Below are positions 10,039 through 21,876 of a DNA stretch of 46,060 nucleotides, piece after piece. The first letter of the stretch is position 1. Each line of letters starts with the position of its first letter. The stretch is taken from positions 1 through 46,060 of the forward strand of contig JBMZTF010000001.1 in the NCBI GenBank assembly GCA_049623565.1, written 5' to 3'. The position numbers were made by a program, and so were the translations under genes. The notes beneath the pieces are model-generated. The model was not told the DNA's origin. It ran no database searches and saw only the letters and a list, made by a program, of their open reading frames with translations. The DNA is from Litorivicinaceae bacterium. GTDB taxonomy: Bacteria; Pseudomonadota; Gammaproteobacteria; Pseudomonadales; Litorivicinaceae.

Positions 10039-11172
10039 ATGCTCGAGTTATTTATTGAATCTGTCCTTTCGTTGCTCGAAGGGCCATTGACAGGAATCGG
10101 TATATCGCCGGTGGCGGTACTTCGGGGTGTCGAGCTCTTTATCATTGTGTTGCTGACGGTTTTTGGTTCGTATTTCGTGCGGCGATTTGTCCGCACGTTG
10201 AAAACGCGAGCGGAGAAAAGTCAATCCAAATGGGATGACACATTCTTTGCCGCCCTTCAAGGCCCGGCGCGGACATTGGTTTGGGTCGTGGGTCTGTCAT
10301 TTGCGCTCGAAAGAGCATCTATTGGTCTGGATATCGAGGCGATTTTTGGCCCGCTACGTGCTGCCTTGGTGATAGCCACGCTTACCTGGGCATTGATCCG
10401 ATTTATTGATCGCGTTCAGCGTCGAATGATTCATGATCCACAGGCTGATGATCTGGATCTGACCACCGTTGAAGCGATAGGACGACTGATTCGGATCACA
10501 GTACTGATCACCAGTGGTTTGATTATTCTGCAAGCGCTCGGGTTTTCTGTCTCGGGGGTTTTGGCCTTCGGTGGGCTTGGCGGCATCGCGGTTGGTTTCG
10601 CCGCAAAAGACTTACTATCAAATTTTTTCGGTGGCTTGATGATCTTCCTAGACCGACCATTTGGGGTGGGTGATTGGATCCGTTCGCCAGATCGTGACAT
10701 TGAGGGGACCGTGGAGTCGTTAGGGTGGCGTCTCACAACGATTCGCACGTTTGATAAACGACCACTGTATGTACCGAATGCGGCATTCCTATCGATTGCT
10801 GTAGAGAACCCCTCTCGGATGTCGCATCGTAGGATCTACGAGACGATTGGGGTGCGTTACGACGACGCTAATCAAATTCAGACGATTGTCGAACGCGTAA
10901 AGGCAATGCTTGAACAGCACCCTGATATTGATTCTTCACAAACACTGATGGTCAACTTCAACCAATTCAGCCCTAGCTCTCTCGACTTCTTTATTTACTG
11001 TTTCACCAAAACGACGGTTTGGACTGAATATCATGCAGTAAAAGAAGATGTGTTACTGAAGGCCTACGAGCTAATTACTCACCTGGGGGCAGAGGTTGCG
11101 TTTCCGACTCAGACGCTTCATCTACAGGTTGACCCCGAGGCTCCGCAAGTTCAATCGGCTCAGCAGCGATGA
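10039..11172 (+). CDS. Small-conductance mechanosensitive channel (MscS family, YnaI-like)
   Basis: GGLGGIAVGFAAKDLLSNFFGG, DRPFGVGDWI, GTVESLGWRLTTIRTFD, AFPTQTL. Confidence 0.93.
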   Translation: MLELFIESVLSLLEGPLTGIGISPVAVLRGVELFIIVLLTVFGSYFVRRFVRTLKTRAEKSQSKWDDTFFAALQGPARTLVWVVGLSFALERASIGLDIEAIFGPLRAALVIATLTWALIRFIDRVQRRMIHDPQADDLDLTTVEAIGRLIRITVLITSGLIILQALGFSVSGVLAFGGLGGIAVGFAAKDLLSNFFGGLMIFLDRPFGVGDWIRSPDRDIEGTVESLGWRLTTIRTFDKRPLYVPNAAFLSIAVENPSRMSHRRIYETIGVRYDDANQIQTIVERVKAMLEQHPDIDSSQTLMVNFNQFSPSSLDFFIYCFTKTTVWTEYHAVKEDVLLKAYELITHLGAEVAFPTQTLHLQVDPEAPQVQSAQQR

Positions 11173-11734
11173 TGACACCAAAGGCTGGATGGTCGAGATA
11201 ATGGATGTCTTTCGATGACACTTTTCTGAATTCTCTCAACACATAGACCTCATCCACGGGTGTCCCGTAAGGCACTTGTCGAAGATTAGCGCGGGTCACC
11301 CTCAGGTCGGCGTCCACTTCAATGAAGCGATCGATTGACCAACGCAAATAGCCATTGAGCCTGAAACCATTGTCAGCGACGCCCGAAATCCGAAACCAAG
11401 GGTTGGCTTTTTGGTTTTTGGTGAGGGGATGTATCCAACGTTTATGGAACAGGATTTGACCATTCAGTTGGGTCTGGATGCGGAGCGCAGAGTTTCTCAG
11501 TATCTGGCTCGAATCAGGCAGCGACGTTAGGTTTTGGAAGCCTGAATTAATTGCAGACAGTAAGTCGAAGCTCTCTGGGGCTTGTGGTTCTGTCGAGGGG
11601 AACACTTCGGTAATCGACTGCACGGGCTCCGGCCGTGAGAATACCAATACCTCGAGGGCATACGGTCTTACCTCGGCATACGCCGCAGTTGTCATCAGGG
11701 CGGTGATAAGGAAACTGATGATCCGGCTTATCAT
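11075..11734 (-). CDS. CsiV-like periplasmic peptidoglycan-binding protein
   Basis: Signal peptide, Y.LEVLVF N-terminal motif and C-terminal HYLDHPAFGVII. Directly downstream of mfd, as is usual for this family. Confidence 0.75.
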   Translation of the reverse strand: MISRIISFLITALMTTAAYAEVRPYALEVLVFSRPEPVQSITEVFPSTEPQAPESFDLLSAINSGFQNLTSLPDSSQILRNSALRIQTQLNGQILFHKRWIHPLTKNQKANPWFRISGVADNGFRLNGYLRWSIDRFIEVDADLRVTRANLRQVPYGTPVDEVYVLREFRKVSSKDIHYLDHPAFGVIIAAEPIELAEPRGQPVDEASESETQPLPPGE

Positions 11735-14700
11735 GTGGTTGCGGTCCTTTGTAACGCGCTCAGTACCTCCTGAGTGAACCCCAGGCGTGCATCCGCTCCT
11801 GCTGTCTCTCTGATAATTTTTAATGCTGTAGCACCATCTAGTTTGTATTCATTTGGCTTGGACTGTACCAGACTGATGAGCACCATTGGATCGACTTTTG
11901 TCTTTTCCCTGAATTCAATACGTCCCGATTGGGGACCGACTGTGATTTGTCTGATACCGAGAGATTCAGCTATGAGACGGACTTTTGCTTGTTGGAATAA
12001 ATTTTTGACCTGCGGCGGCAATAGGCCGAAACGATCGATCATTTCGATTTCAATATCTGATAGCAGTTCCTCTGATGTAGCCGAGCTAATCCTCTTGTAG
12101 AGTTCGAGTCTTAGCGGGACATCATTGAGATACCCTGCCGGAATCAGTGCAGGAATTTTCAAGTCGACTTCCGCGTGTGCTGACTCGGTCTGGTCAAAAT
12201 CCGGTGTTCTTCCCTCACGGACAGCCGTGACCGCCTCGTCGAGCATTTCCATGTATAGGGAGAAACCAATCGTCTGCATGTTACCTGACTGGTCTTCTCC
12301 CAACAGTTCGCCAGCACCCCGAATCTCGAGGTCTTGTGTCGCCAATTGGAATCCTGCACCGAGATCGCTGGCGGCTTCAATCGCTTCCAATCGTCTCACG
12401 GCGTCGGCTGTCATAGAGCGGGGGTCCGGTGTTAGCAGGTACGCATATGCCTGGTGATGAGAACGTCCTACCCGACCCCTGAGTTGGTGCAGCTGGGCGA
12501 GTCCAAACTGGTCGGCACGCTCGATCAAGATCGTGTTCGCGGATGGGATATCGATCCCGGTCTCGATGATTGTTGAACAGACCAAAACGTTATACTTCTT
12601 GTGGTAGAAGTCCGCCATCACGTCCTCGAGCTCACGCTCACGCATTTGCCCGTGTGCGACGATAACACGCGCCTCTGGAACGAGCTGACGAATGTCATCG
12701 GCAGTACGTTCGATACTTTTAACTTCGTTGTGGAGGTAGTAGACCTGCCCACCTCTCAAGAGTTCACGCAGGATCGCTTCTTTGACAAGCGAATCATCTT
12801 TCTGCTTTATGAAGGTTTTTACAGACAAGCGGCGAGCTGGCGGTGTCGCGATGACAGACAAATCACGAATCCCCGCCATCGATAGATTGAGCGTCCGAGG
12901 AATTGGGGTCGCGGTGAGTGTGAGTACATCCACGTTAGAGCGATATTTTTTCAAGCGTTCTTTTTGTGCCACGCCGAATCGGTGCTCTTCATCAATGATC
13001 AGGAGGCTCAGTTTTGGAAGTCTTAGCTCGCTCGATAACAGCTTGTGAGTGCCGACGACGATATCGATTTGGCCGTTATTCGCCCGGTCAATGATAGCCC
13101 TGGTTTCTTTGGCCGTCTTAAATCGGCTGAGCACTTCAATAGTCACGGGCCAGTCTGCGAAGCGATCACGGAATGATTCGAAGTGCTGTTGGGCGAGGAG
13201 TGTCGTTGGAACCAGGACGCATACCTGCTTCCCGCTACTGACGGACGCGAATGCCGCACGCATCGCGACCTCTGTTTTACCAAATCCGACATCACCACAG
13301 ACCAGTCGATCCATCGGGCGGGGGGCCTTTAAGTCGGCTAGTACGGCATCGATTGACGTCTCTTGATCGGGTGTCAATTCGAATGGGAAGCCGTCAGCAA
13401 ATTGATTGACTTGAGATTCATCGATTTGATGCGCGTAGCCTTCCTTGGCGGCCCGTCTGGCATAGATATCGAGGAGTTCTGCGGCTTTATCGCGAATTTC
13501 TTCGGCCGCTTTTTGCTTGGCCCTTCTCCAACGATCGGTCCCAAGTTTATGTGCAGCGACTAAATCTGGGTCACCACCGGCATACCGGCTCAACACACCG
13601 AGATTTGTGACGGGGATGTAGAGTTTCGCGCCGGCTTGGTACTCGACGGTCACGAACTCATTGATGTCTTCGCCCAAGTCGATGGTTTCAAGCCCTTTGT
13701 AATGCCCGACGCCGTGATCTATGTGAACGATTGGATCACCGATTTCGATCTCAGATAGGTCGCGGACAATTAGATCGGTCGCGATCTCATGCTGTCTGCG
13801 TCGTCGTCGCTGGGGTACACGGCGACCAAATAATTGGCTTTCTGGAACGATTGCGAATTGGTCAACTATGATCCCTTGGTCCAGTAAGCCAAGCGTAATA
13901 ACCGCTTTGTGAGTGGCCGGCTGGAAGTCGCTGAACCGTTCGACGGTTTCTGGACGTATACCATGCCTCGCCAAAAGCTCCGATAGTGCTTCGCGTCGTC
14001 CAGCTGATTCAGCAACAAAGCAAACCGCTTTAATGTTATCAATCAATGCCTTGAGTCTTGTGGCCGGTTGATCGGCCTTTGCATCAAACGTGACGTCAGG
14101 GAGCGGTCGAATGCGTGGATGCGTTGAGTCCGGCTCCTTGATCTCTATCGAACTGAAGCGGTTTAGGTCGGCAAATAATTCTTCTGTGCGAACAAAGAGC
14201 TTTTCCGGAGAAAGAAGGGGTTTCCTGCGGTCATGCTTCAAGTTCTCAAAACGCACCATCACATCGGTCCAGAACTGTTCAAGTGCTTGATGCAGTGCAC
14301 CAACACGGATGGTCTGTGCATCCGCTGGTAAATACTCAAAAAGGGTGGCCATCTGATTAAAAAAGAGGGGGGCGTAGTATTCCACCCCCGGGGGTGCGAG
14401 GCCCGAGGAAACATCTTGATATATCGAGCTGTCTCTCGGATTACCATCAAATGTTTCGTGCCAGTTTTGCCTAAACGTGGCAATCCCTGTCTCGGTTAGC
14501 GGAATTTCTCGTGCCGGTAAGAGGGTGACTGAATCGACCTTGGTGATTGTGCGCTGGGTGTCTGGATCGAAGGCCCTTAAGCTATCGATTTCTGTGTCGA
14601 AGAGCTCCACGCGCAATGGCTGCTCAGAGCCCATCGGAAATACATCGAGGATTGCTCCACGGACCGCGAATTCACCATGTTCACGAACAGTATCGACGGC

Positions 14701-15210
14701 GTGGTATCCAGACGCCTCGAGTCGTCTGCGTTCCGCGTGTAAATCAAACTGATCGCCGGTATTTAAAATAAATCGTTGGCCATCAAGGTGCTCTCGGGGC
14801 GGTAGTCGGTGTGCGAGCGTTTGGACTGGTAAAATCAGTAGTCCTCGATTCAGGTCGCCGAGTTGGCTTAATGCCTTGAGTCTCTCGGAGGTAATATCTT
14901 CGTGGGGAGAGAAGCTGTCATAGGGCAGTGTTTCCCAGTCGGGTAGGTGGATTATGGGGATGTCGGCCTGCCCGTCTGCTTCACCTTCGGCGTCCAGATG
15001 ATGCTCTTGGCCTAGGTAGAAATGTAGAGCATTTGCTAGGTGCTGAGCGTCTTGTGATGTCTCAACCACTACCAGAACAAGTGAGCTTGATCGTGCCGCA
15101 CACTCAGCAATCGCGATTGGCACCGCACTTTGGGGGAGGTTCGAGAGTGTTTGGGGTGCGCTACCTGCTTTAGGTAAAAAGTCGATAAGTGGTGGTTTAA
15201 TTTTCAGCAT
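11731..15210 (-). CDS. mfd: Transcription-repair coupling factor Mfd
   Basis: LPDWETLPYDSFSPH, GEFAVRGAILD, CGDVGFGKTEVA, DEEHRFGV, QLRGRVGRS, DLEIRGAG. ATG 15210 taken as start. Confidence 0.98.
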   Translation of the reverse strand: MLKIKPPLIDFLPKAGSAPQTLSNLPQSAVPIAIAECAARSSSLVLVVVETSQDAQHLANALHFYLGQEHHLDAEGEADGQADIPIIHLPDWETLPYDSFSPHEDITSERLKALSQLGDLNRGLLILPVQTLAHRLPPREHLDGQRFILNTGDQFDLHAERRRLEASGYHAVDTVREHGEFAVRGAILDVFPMGSEQPLRVELFDTEIDSLRAFDPDTQRTITKVDSVTLLPAREIPLTETGIATFRQNWHETFDGNPRDSSIYQDVSSGLAPPGVEYYAPLFFNQMATLFEYLPADAQTIRVGALHQALEQFWTDVMVRFENLKHDRRKPLLSPEKLFVRTEELFADLNRFSSIEIKEPDSTHPRIRPLPDVTFDAKADQPATRLKALIDNIKAVCFVAESAGRREALSELLARHGIRPETVERFSDFQPATHKAVITLGLLDQGIIVDQFAIVPESQLFGRRVPQRRRRRQHEIATDLIVRDLSEIEIGDPIVHIDHGVGHYKGLETIDLGEDINEFVTVEYQAGAKLYIPVTNLGVLSRYAGGDPDLVAAHKLGTDRWRRAKQKAAEEIRDKAAELLDIYARRAAKEGYAHQIDESQVNQFADGFPFELTPDQETSIDAVLADLKAPRPMDRLVCGDVGFGKTEVAMRAAFASVSSGKQVCVLVPTTLLAQQHFESFRDRFADWPVTIEVLSRFKTAKETRAIIDRANNGQIDIVVGTHKLLSSELRLPKLSLLIIDEEHRFGVAQKERLKKYRSNVDVLTLTATPIPRTLNLSMAGIRDLSVIATPPARRLSVKTFIKQKDDSLVKEAILRELLRGGQVYYLHNEVKSIERTADDIRQLVPEARVIVAHGQMRERELEDVMADFYHKKYNVLVCSTIIETGIDIPSANTILIERADQFGLAQLHQLRGRVGRSHHQAYAYLLTPDPRSMTADAVRRLEAIEAASDLGAGFQLATQDLEIRGAGELLGEDQSGNMQTIGFSLYMEMLDEAVTAVREGRTPDFDQTESAHAEVDLKIPALIPAGYLNDVPLRLELYKRISSATSEELLSDIEIEMIDRFGLLPPQVKNLFQQAKVRLIAESLGIRQITVGPQSGRIEFREKTKVDPMVLISLVQSKPNEYKLDGATALKIIRETAGADARLGFTQEVLSALQRTATT

Positions 15211-15280
15211 GTGATGTCGTGGCTTTGTCTGAGGAGAAAGTATAGGCGACAATCAATTGTTTCGCTTCAGGGAACAAGAA

Positions 15281-16336
15281 ATGACCGTATTTGTGGCCGA
15301 CGAGGGACTACTTGGGCTGACAGAGCTCGTCCCGAGTCATTGCGAGATTCGTTGGTACTCTGGGCGCGATATTCCTAGAGCGATGTTAGTTGGTGCGGAT
15401 GCTTTACTGGTTCGTTCAACAGCACGCGTGTCGACTCATAATCTTCCTGAATCCATTCGCTTCATCGGAACGGCAACGATAGGAACCGATCACCTTCCCC
15501 TAAAGCATCTCTCGGATAAAAACATCAGAGTGGTATCGGCACCTGGATGCAATGCCTTTGCGGTTACCGACTATGTGCTGTCACATCTTTTTAGTTGGGC
15601 TAAGGCAGGAGGCCGTGCCCTCGACAGCTTAACGCTCGGCATCATCGGTGTTGGTGCTGTGGGTTCGCTACTCGATAAGCGTGCTCAAATGGTGGGTATT
15701 CGAACGATCTTGTCGGATCAACCACGATTTGATTCGGGAGGCCTACCAGATCACGTACCGTTGGGTGATGTCATTCGACAATCGGACGTCATTTCGCTTC
15801 ATGTACCCCGTGTCACCGAGGGTAATTACGTGACAGATAGGCTGTTGGATCAAGAAGCGCTGTCCCAAATCAAAAAGCAGTCACTGGTAGTCAATGCGTC
15901 GAGAGGCAAGGTCCTACATGAGCATGATTTACTTGCGCAGACCCACTTCGATTTGGTGCTGGATGTTTTTCCAATGGAGCCCGTAATTAGTGATGCGTTG
16001 ATCAGCAGATCCTGGCGAATAAGCCCGCACATTGCCGGTCATTCGGTGGAAGGCAAATACCGTGGAACGAAGCGCATTCTTCAAGACGCTGCCTCCTGGT
16101 TTGGCTTTGCGTTGAATAGTGTTGATGAAGAGTCTTTTTTGGACGCTATTGCTGGCGCTCGGCTAGGTGGTGAGTCATTGACGGATTCTATCCTAAAGGC
16201 ATGCCCGATGGCTGAGACTGATCGCGCGTTACGCGAGCGCTTATTTCGCGCGATTGAGATGGAGAAACCCGATCTTTTTGATGAGGTTCGAAAATCGTAC
16301 CGGTTGCGGAGGGAGTCTGAACCATATCCTCTGTGA
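15281..16336 (+). CDS. pdxB: Erythronate-4-phosphate dehydrogenase
   Basis: ADALLVRS, FIGTATIGTDH, SAPGCNA, GIIGVGAVG, NASRG, PHIAGHSVEGK. Confidence 0.88.
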   Translation: MTVFVADEGLLGLTELVPSHCEIRWYSGRDIPRAMLVGADALLVRSTARVSTHNLPESIRFIGTATIGTDHLPLKHLSDKNIRVVSAPGCNAFAVTDYVLSHLFSWAKAGGRALDSLTLGIIGVGAVGSLLDKRAQMVGIRTILSDQPRFDSGGLPDHVPLGDVIRQSDVISLHVPRVTEGNYVTDRLLDQEALSQIKKQSLVVNASRGKVLHEHDLLAQTHFDLVLDVFPMEPVISDALISRSWRISPHIAGHSVEGKYRGTKRILQDAASWFGFALNSVDEESFLDAIAGARLGGESLTDSILKACPMAETDRALRERLFRAIEMEKPDLFDEVRKSYRLRRESEPYPL

Positions 16337-16373
16337 TGAATAGTGGGATGATTAACGGCTTAATTACGTGAAA

Positions 16374-16397
16374 GTATCGGCGGGGATGTGTCGATAC
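16374..16397. terminator. Possible terminator hairpin between convergent pdxB and metH
   Basis: GTATCGGC-N8-GTCGATAC 8-bp stem (one G-U pair on the + strand, a mismatch on the - strand). Only a short T run (TTTC) follows on the minus strand. Confidence 0.3.
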
Positions 16398-16417
16398 GAT
16401 TGAAATTAACTGGGTGC

Positions 16418-19400
16418 TTAGCCGAGGATGGGCGACAGCCAGCGCGCGTTCTCGTCAATTGTCTCGTTTCTCATTGCTGAGTAACTCGCTAGTTGATCTT
16501 TCCCGATCTGTCCGAGCGTAAAATACCGCGCGTCCGGGTGAGCAAAGTAAAACCCACTCACGGATGATGTCGGCCACATCGCCAAGCTTTCAGTGAGTGA
16601 AATCCCTGTCGCCGACTCGACATCAAGTAGCGACCACAGAGAGCGTTTTTCGCGATGATCGGGACATGCTGGGTATCCGGGAGCTGGCCGAATTCCGCGA
16701 TATTTCTCGCGGATCAGTTCATCGTTGGTCAATACTTCACCCGCTGCATATCCCCAAAAATCTGTGCGTACGCGACGATGCAAGTGCTCCGCGAAACTCT
16801 CAGCGAATCGATCTGCGAGTGCTTTCAAGAGTATCGCTTGGTAGTCATCATGCGCTTGTTCGAACGCTTTTACATGGGCATCAATTCCATGACCGGTCGT
16901 CACTGCGAATGCCCCGATGTAATCTACTTGACCTGAGTCTCTTGGTGCAATGAAGTCACTCAAGCACAACTGGGGCTTCCCTTCAGGCATGGGCCGTTGT
17001 TGTCGGAGCCAGTGGGTCCTCAGTAACTCACGCTCGTGATTCTCTGGATCCAGAATAACGATACTGTTGCCTTCTGAATATGCAGGGAAGCATCCAGCGA
17101 TGGCGTCGGCTCGCAACCATTTTTGATCAATGATGCTGTCAAGCATCGCTTGTGCATCGTTATACAACTTTCGTGCTTCCTGTCCCTTTCGCGGGTCGTT
17201 GAGGATGTCGGGGAATTTCCCGTTGAATTCCCATGCATTGAAAAACGGCATCCAGTCGATGGTGTCCAGCAGTGCATCCAATGGGTAATCGTTGAACGCG
17301 AGGCTCCCAATCGAGTTGGGCGTCACGATCGTTGTTGCATCAAAAGACAGCTCCGGACGGCGCGAGTTCGCTTCTTCTATTGGAAGAAGTTTTTTAGGTG
17401 CTTTTCCGGCATGTGCTTTGCGTTTTACTTCATGGTCGGTAGCAATCTCCTGGTGGTATGACTCGCGCTCGTCACTCAAAAGTCTTGAGGCGACACCGAC
17501 GGCGCGTGATGCGTCCTTGACATACAGCACTGGCCCTGAATAGGCAGGATCAATTTTTACTGACGTGTGTGCAGGAGAGGTGGTTGCTCCACCGATCAAT
17601 AGCGGGCAGGTGAATCCCTGGCGCTCCATCTCTGAGGCGACCGTCACCATCTCGTCGAGGGATGGGGTGATCAGGCCGGAGAGCCCGATGATGTCTGCGT
17701 TGTGTTCTCGGGCCGCGTCGAGAATTGTCTGTGTTGGGACCATGACCCCCAGATCGATTACTTTGAAGTTATTACACTGCAGGACGACCCCCACAATGTT
17801 CTTTCCGATGTCGTGAACGTCACCTTTCACTGTCGCCATGATGATCACGCCATGTTCCTGGCTTGTATCTCCTGCGGCCTCTTTTTCTTCTTCGATGAAG
17901 GGTATGAGATGTGCGACGGCTTTCTTCATGACGCGGGCTGATTTGACAACCTGCGGTAGGAACATTTTGCCCGCACCAAAGAGGTCACCCACCGTGTTCA
18001 TGCCGTCCATGAGTGGTCCCTCGATCACAGACAGTGGGCGTGGTGCATTGAGTCGTGCTTCTTCCGTATCTTCAACAACGTGGGTGTCGATACCTTTGAT
18101 CAGCGCATAGGCCAAGCGTTCTTCGAAGGTCCCGTTACGCCACTCAGCGACGGTGGTGTCGTCCTCTTCTTTATCGACATTATATTTTGGTGCGATATCG
18201 ACAAGCTGCTCTGTCGCGTCGTCTCGGCGGTTTAAGATGACGTCTTCGACAAGCTCCCGAAGTTCGGTATCGATACCTTCATAGATGGCCAGTTGGCCTG
18301 CATTGACGATACCCATTGAGAGGCCTTCGCGAATCGCGTGGAATAGGAATACGGAGTGCATCGCCTCGCGTACGGGGTTATTGCCGCGGAAGGAGAACGA
18401 TACATTCGAGATGCCGCCAGAGATATAACTGTGCGGACAGTATTCAGTGATGTCTTTGCATGCGTAGATAAAATCGAGCGCATAGTTATTGTGCTCTTCG
18501 ATTCCAGTCGCAACAGCAAAAACGTTGGGATCGAATACGATGTCTTCGGGGGGGAAACCGGCCACTTTAGTTAAAAGCTCGTATGAGCGTCGGCAGATTT
18601 CGAGCTTCCTCTCGCGCGTATCTGCCTGGCCTGTCTCATCGAATGCCATGACAACGACCGCGAATCCGTATTGACGAATTTTGCGAGCCTGCTCTAGAAA
18701 ATTAGCTTCACCTTCTTTCAACGAGATGGAGTTGACGATTCCCTTCCCTTGGATGCACTGCATGCCGGCTTCTAGGATGTCCCATTTGGATGAGTCAATC
18801 ATTACAGGGACTTTCGAAATATCAGGTTCTGATGCGATCAGATTGAGGAAGGTCACCATTGCCGACTTGGAGTCCAGCATCCCCTCGTCCATGTTGATAT
18901 CGATGACCTGGGCGCCGTTTTCGACCTGTTGACGGGCGACGGCCAGAGCTTCGTCAAATTCACCGTTGAGAATCAATCGCTTGAACATCGCTGAACCTGT
19001 CACGTTGGTTCGCTCACCGATGTTCACAAAGCGGGTTGTATCATTGGCTATAAAGGGCTCTAGTCCAGATAGGCGCATCACGGGTTCTTTAGCCGCGATC
19101 TCTCGCGGTTGGTGGCTAGCAACTTTCTCCGCAATCAGACGGACGTGTTCCGGGGTGGTGCCGCAACAGCCGCCGATAACGTTCACAAGGGCGGCTTCCG
19201 CGTACTCGGCGACGATTTCCGACATCTCAGCTGCGTCCAAATCATACTCGCCGAATTGATTGGGGAGTCCCGCATTCGGGTGTGCCGATACGAATGTGTC
19301 TGCGACACGAGAGAGGTCTGACAGGAACGGCCGGAGCTCCTTGGGTCCAAGCGCGCAGTTCAAGCCAATGGTGAGCGGTTTAGCGTGGCGGACCGAGAAC

Positions 19401-20086
19401 CAAAAGGCTTCGGTCGTCTGGCCGGATAGGGTTCGGCCCGAGGCGTCAGTGATTGTGCCCGAGATCATGATACGAATCTGGATGCCTGTCTCGCGTGCGA
19501 CCTCGTCAATGGCGAACAAAGCTGCTTTCGCGTTTAGGGTATCAAAAATGGTCTCGACCAGAATCAGGTCGGCTCCACCGTCCAGGAGCGCACGTGTCGC
19601 GTCGGTGTAAGTCTCAACTAATTGATTGAACGTTATATTGCGCGCGCCAGGATCATTGACATCTGGGCTTATGGAGCACGTTCTGTTGGTCGGCCCTAAA
19701 ACCCCAGCGACCAGCACTGGCCTGTCGCAGGAGTCTGCAACTGATCGGGCAAGCTTCGCTGCCTCGCGATTTAATTCGGTGACCAAATCCTCCATCGAGT
19801 AGTCTGCCATCGATGGTCGGTTTGAGTTAAAGGTGTTGGTCTCCACGATACTTGCGCCCGCATCGATGTAGGCTTTATGGATAGATGCTATGAGCTCGGG
19901 CTGCGTGAGAGTCAGAAGATCATTATTTCCCTTCAAATCCTGCGGAAAATTTTTAAACCGTTCGCCACGGTAATCGCTCTCGCCGAGACCTGCCCCCTGG
20001 ATCATTGTACCCATACCGCCGTCAAGGATGACGATGGACTCTCTCAGTGCGGACTCAAGCCACCGGATCCGCTCGTCGCGTGTCAT
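16418..20086 (-). CDS. metH: Cobalamin-dependent methionine synthase MetH (full length)
   Basis: [36 protein letters not shown]12 motif DVHDIGKN, activation domain [15 protein letters not shown] 20086 overlaps the metF stop (ATGA). Confidence 0.98.
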   Translation of the reverse strand: MTRDERIRWLESALRESIVILDGGMGTMIQGAGLGESDYRGERFKNFPQDLKGNNDLLTLTQPELIASIHKAYIDAGASIVETNTFNSNRPSMADYSMEDLVTELNREAAKLARSVADSCDRPVLVAGVLGPTNRTCSISPDVNDPGARNITFNQLVETYTDATRALLDGGADLILVETIFDTLNAKAALFAIDEVARETGIQIRIMISGTITDASGRTLSGQTTEAFWFSVRHAKPLTIGLNCALGPKELRPFLSDLSRVADTFVSAHPNAGLPNQFGEYDLDAAEMSEIVAEYAEAALVNVIGGCCGTTPEHVRLIAEKVASHQPREIAAKEPVMRLSGLEPFIANDTTRFVNIGERTNVTGSAMFKRLILNGEFDEALAVARQQVENGAQVIDINMDEGMLDSKSAMVTFLNLIASEPDISKVPVMIDSSKWDILEAGMQCIQGKGIVNSISLKEGEANFLEQARKIRQYGFAVVVMAFDETGQADTRERKLEICRRSYELLTKVAGFPPEDIVFDPNVFAVATGIEEHNNYALDFIYACKDITEYCPHSYISGGISNVSFSFRGNNPVREAMHSVFLFHAIREGLSMGIVNAGQLAIYEGIDTELRELVEDVILNRRDDATEQLVDIAPKYNVDKEEDDTTVAEWRNGTFEERLAYALIKGIDTHVVEDTEEARLNAPRPLSVIEGPLMDGMNTVGDLFGAGKMFLPQVVKSARVMKKAVAHLIPFIEEEKEAAGDTSQEHGVIIMATVKGDVHDIGKNIVGVVLQCNNFKVIDLGVMVPTQTILDAAREHNADIIGLSGLITPSLDEMVTVASEMERQGFTCPLLIGGATTSPAHTSVKIDPAYSGPVLYVKDASRAVGVASRLLSDERESYHQEIATDHEVKRKAHAGKAPKKLLPIEEANSRRPELSFDATTIVTPNSIGSLAFNDYPLDALLDTIDWMPFFNAWEFNGKFPDILNDPRKGQEARKLYNDAQAMLDSIIDQKWLRADAIAGCFPAYSEGNSIVILDPENHERELLRTHWLRQQRPMPEGKPQLCLSDFIAPRDSGQVDYIGAFAVTTGHGIDAHVKAFEQAHDDYQAILLKALADRFAESFAEHLHRRVRTDFWGYAAGEVLTNDELIREKYRGIRPAPGYPACPDHREKRSLWSLLDVESATGISLTESLAMWPTSSVSGFYFAHPDARYFTLGQIGKDQLASYSAMRNETIDENARWLSPILG

Positions 20087-20937
20087 GCGCAACCTCGTAC
20101 CCCCAAAGCGTGGCAGACAGCGAAACTGAGGTCGGCGCGGTTGAGTGTGTAGAAATGAAAGTCTTCAACGCCCTCGCGGCCGAGGTCCTCAGCCTGGGAT
20201 ACTGCGGCATGTGCTGCGATTAACTGTCGGGTTGTCGGGTCATCATCGAGGCCCTCAAACTGCATTGATAAAGACTTTGGAACCGACGCGCCACAGGCAC
20301 CAGCGAAACGCACTAAAGTGTTGAAGTTAGTGACCGGCAATATACCGGGAATCAGCTCGACATCAATCTGCGTGGCCGCGACGCGGTCCCGAAACCGCAA
20401 AAAAATCTCATTATCGAAGAAAAATTGAGTAATCGCTCGGTGACTACCAGCATCAACCTTGCGCTTTAAGTTTTCCAGATCTGCGTCTACTGAAACTGCC
20501 TGAGGATGCGTCTCGGGGTAAGCTGCAACGAACAACTCAAACGGATGTCTCTCGAGCAACCCCTGGACCAAATCAGACGCAAAGGCGTACCCATCTGGGT
20601 GAGGCACGTAAGCCGCATCAGCGCCACCTTCGGGGTCACCACGTAGTGCGACAATCTGCCGTACCCCCATGTCCCAATACCCGTCCGCGATTGAGTCGAT
20701 TTCGCTTCGTGGCGCCCCGACACAAGTTAGATGTGGGACCGGTTTGAGGGACGTTTTTGTCAAGATACTCTCAATTACCTGGTGCGTTCGCTCGCGGGTT
20801 GACCCATCGGCTCCGTAGGTGACAGATACAAATTCAGGATTTAGCGGAGCGAGTCGCTCCACTGTTTTCCAGAGGCCCGCCTCTGCTTCTGGCGTCTTCG
20901 GCGGAAAAAATTCAAACGACACTCGCGGTGCGCTCAT
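20083..20937 (-). CDS. metF: 5,10-methylenetetrahydrofolate reductase
   Basis: [44 protein letters not shown]. Confidence 0.97.
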   Translation of the reverse strand: MSAPRVSFEFFPPKTPEAEAGLWKTVERLAPLNPEFVSVTYGADGSTRERTHQVIESILTKTSLKPVPHLTCVGAPRSEIDSIADGYWDMGVRQIVALRGDPEGGADAAYVPHPDGYAFASDLVQGLLERHPFELFVAAYPETHPQAVSVDADLENLKRKVDAGSHRAITQFFFDNEIFLRFRDRVAATQIDVELIPGILPVTNFNTLVRFAGACGASVPKSLSMQFEGLDDDPTTRQLIAAHAAVSQAEDLGREGVEDFHFYTLNRADLSFAVCHALGVRGCA

Positions 20938-21869
20938 GCTCGCTCCTTATTCTTTTCCGAGACCAACAAGCTAATATCCAGCACATCTCCCGGAAGTACG
21001 TCGGTTGCGGTAACCGTCAACCCCGCCTCTTCAAGCCAACGGCGGATGTCAGAAATCACGATACCCACGGGTGGTGGGCTTTTGGCTTGAGCGGCCTCGG
21101 TAAATGCGACCACAAGAAGACGCCCATGGGGCTTGAGGACCCGGGTCGCTTCCTTGATAAGAGCATCTGGATCGGCTGCGAAATACAGTACTTGGTCGAT
21201 CGTGACCGTATCAAAATGTCTCGCAGGAAATCGCATCTGATACATGTCTTCTTGACGTACCGTGAGGTGTGGCAGGTCCGCTTCTGCAAGCGCATTCCGC
21301 GCGACCATGACCATTTTTTTCGATAAGTCGATACCGACACCACTGTCTGCAAGCGGGCCAGCGATTTTCAACATGCGGCCTGTACCGGTCGCGATATCGA
21401 GCAGATGCCCAACAGGTTGAGCTGAAAGCGCGTCCTTGACGGCGCCACTGAATCTCAGTTCGTCTCCATGATATTCATGGAGCCTCAGCCAATCTGGTAC
21501 TTCGGTTTCGACAAACTCTTCAGACAGCTTGGCTCGTGCGCCACGTAGTTCATTAAGTCGCGCTTGATCGAGCACCATTAGATCACCGTCAGCGGGCAAC
21601 TGTTCCAGCAGTTCCGAAACCAACTGTTGGCACTGCATATCTTGTGTAATCCGGTAAAATACCCAATGCTGTTCCCGAAAGCTCTCCAAAACCCCAGCGT
21701 CTTGGAGCAGCTTCAAATGACGAGACACACGCGGTTGGGATTGGCCGACAATCCGCGTGAGTTCTGATACAGTCAGCTCCCCTTGAGCGCAAAGGCGTAT
21801 CAATCTGAATCGAGTGGGTTCAGCTATTGCTTTTAGTGCGTCGATATAATCATCATAGGATGTCCACAT
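20934..21869 (-). CDS. sahR: ArsR-family HTH fused to SAM/SAH-binding methyltransferase domain (SahR-type regulator)
   Basis: LKAIAEPTRFRL...GQSQPRVSRHLKLL ArsR HTH plus LLDIATGTGRML SAM-binding motif. First gene of an operon with metF-metH. Confidence 0.8.
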   Translation of the reverse strand: MWTSYDDYIDALKAIAEPTRFRLIRLCAQGELTVSELTRIVGQSQPRVSRHLKLLQDAGVLESFREQHWVFYRITQDMQCQQLVSELLEQLPADGDLMVLDQARLNELRGARAKLSEEFVETEVPDWLRLHEYHGDELRFSGAVKDALSAQPVGHLLDIATGTGRMLKIAGPLADSGVGIDLSKKMVMVARNALAEADLPHLTVRQEDMYQMRFPARHFDTVTIDQVLYFAADPDALIKEATRVLKPHGRLLVVAFTEAAQAKSPPPVGIVISDIRRWLEEAGLTVTATDVLPGDVLDISLLVSEKNKERA

Positions 21870-21876
21870 GGGGTAT

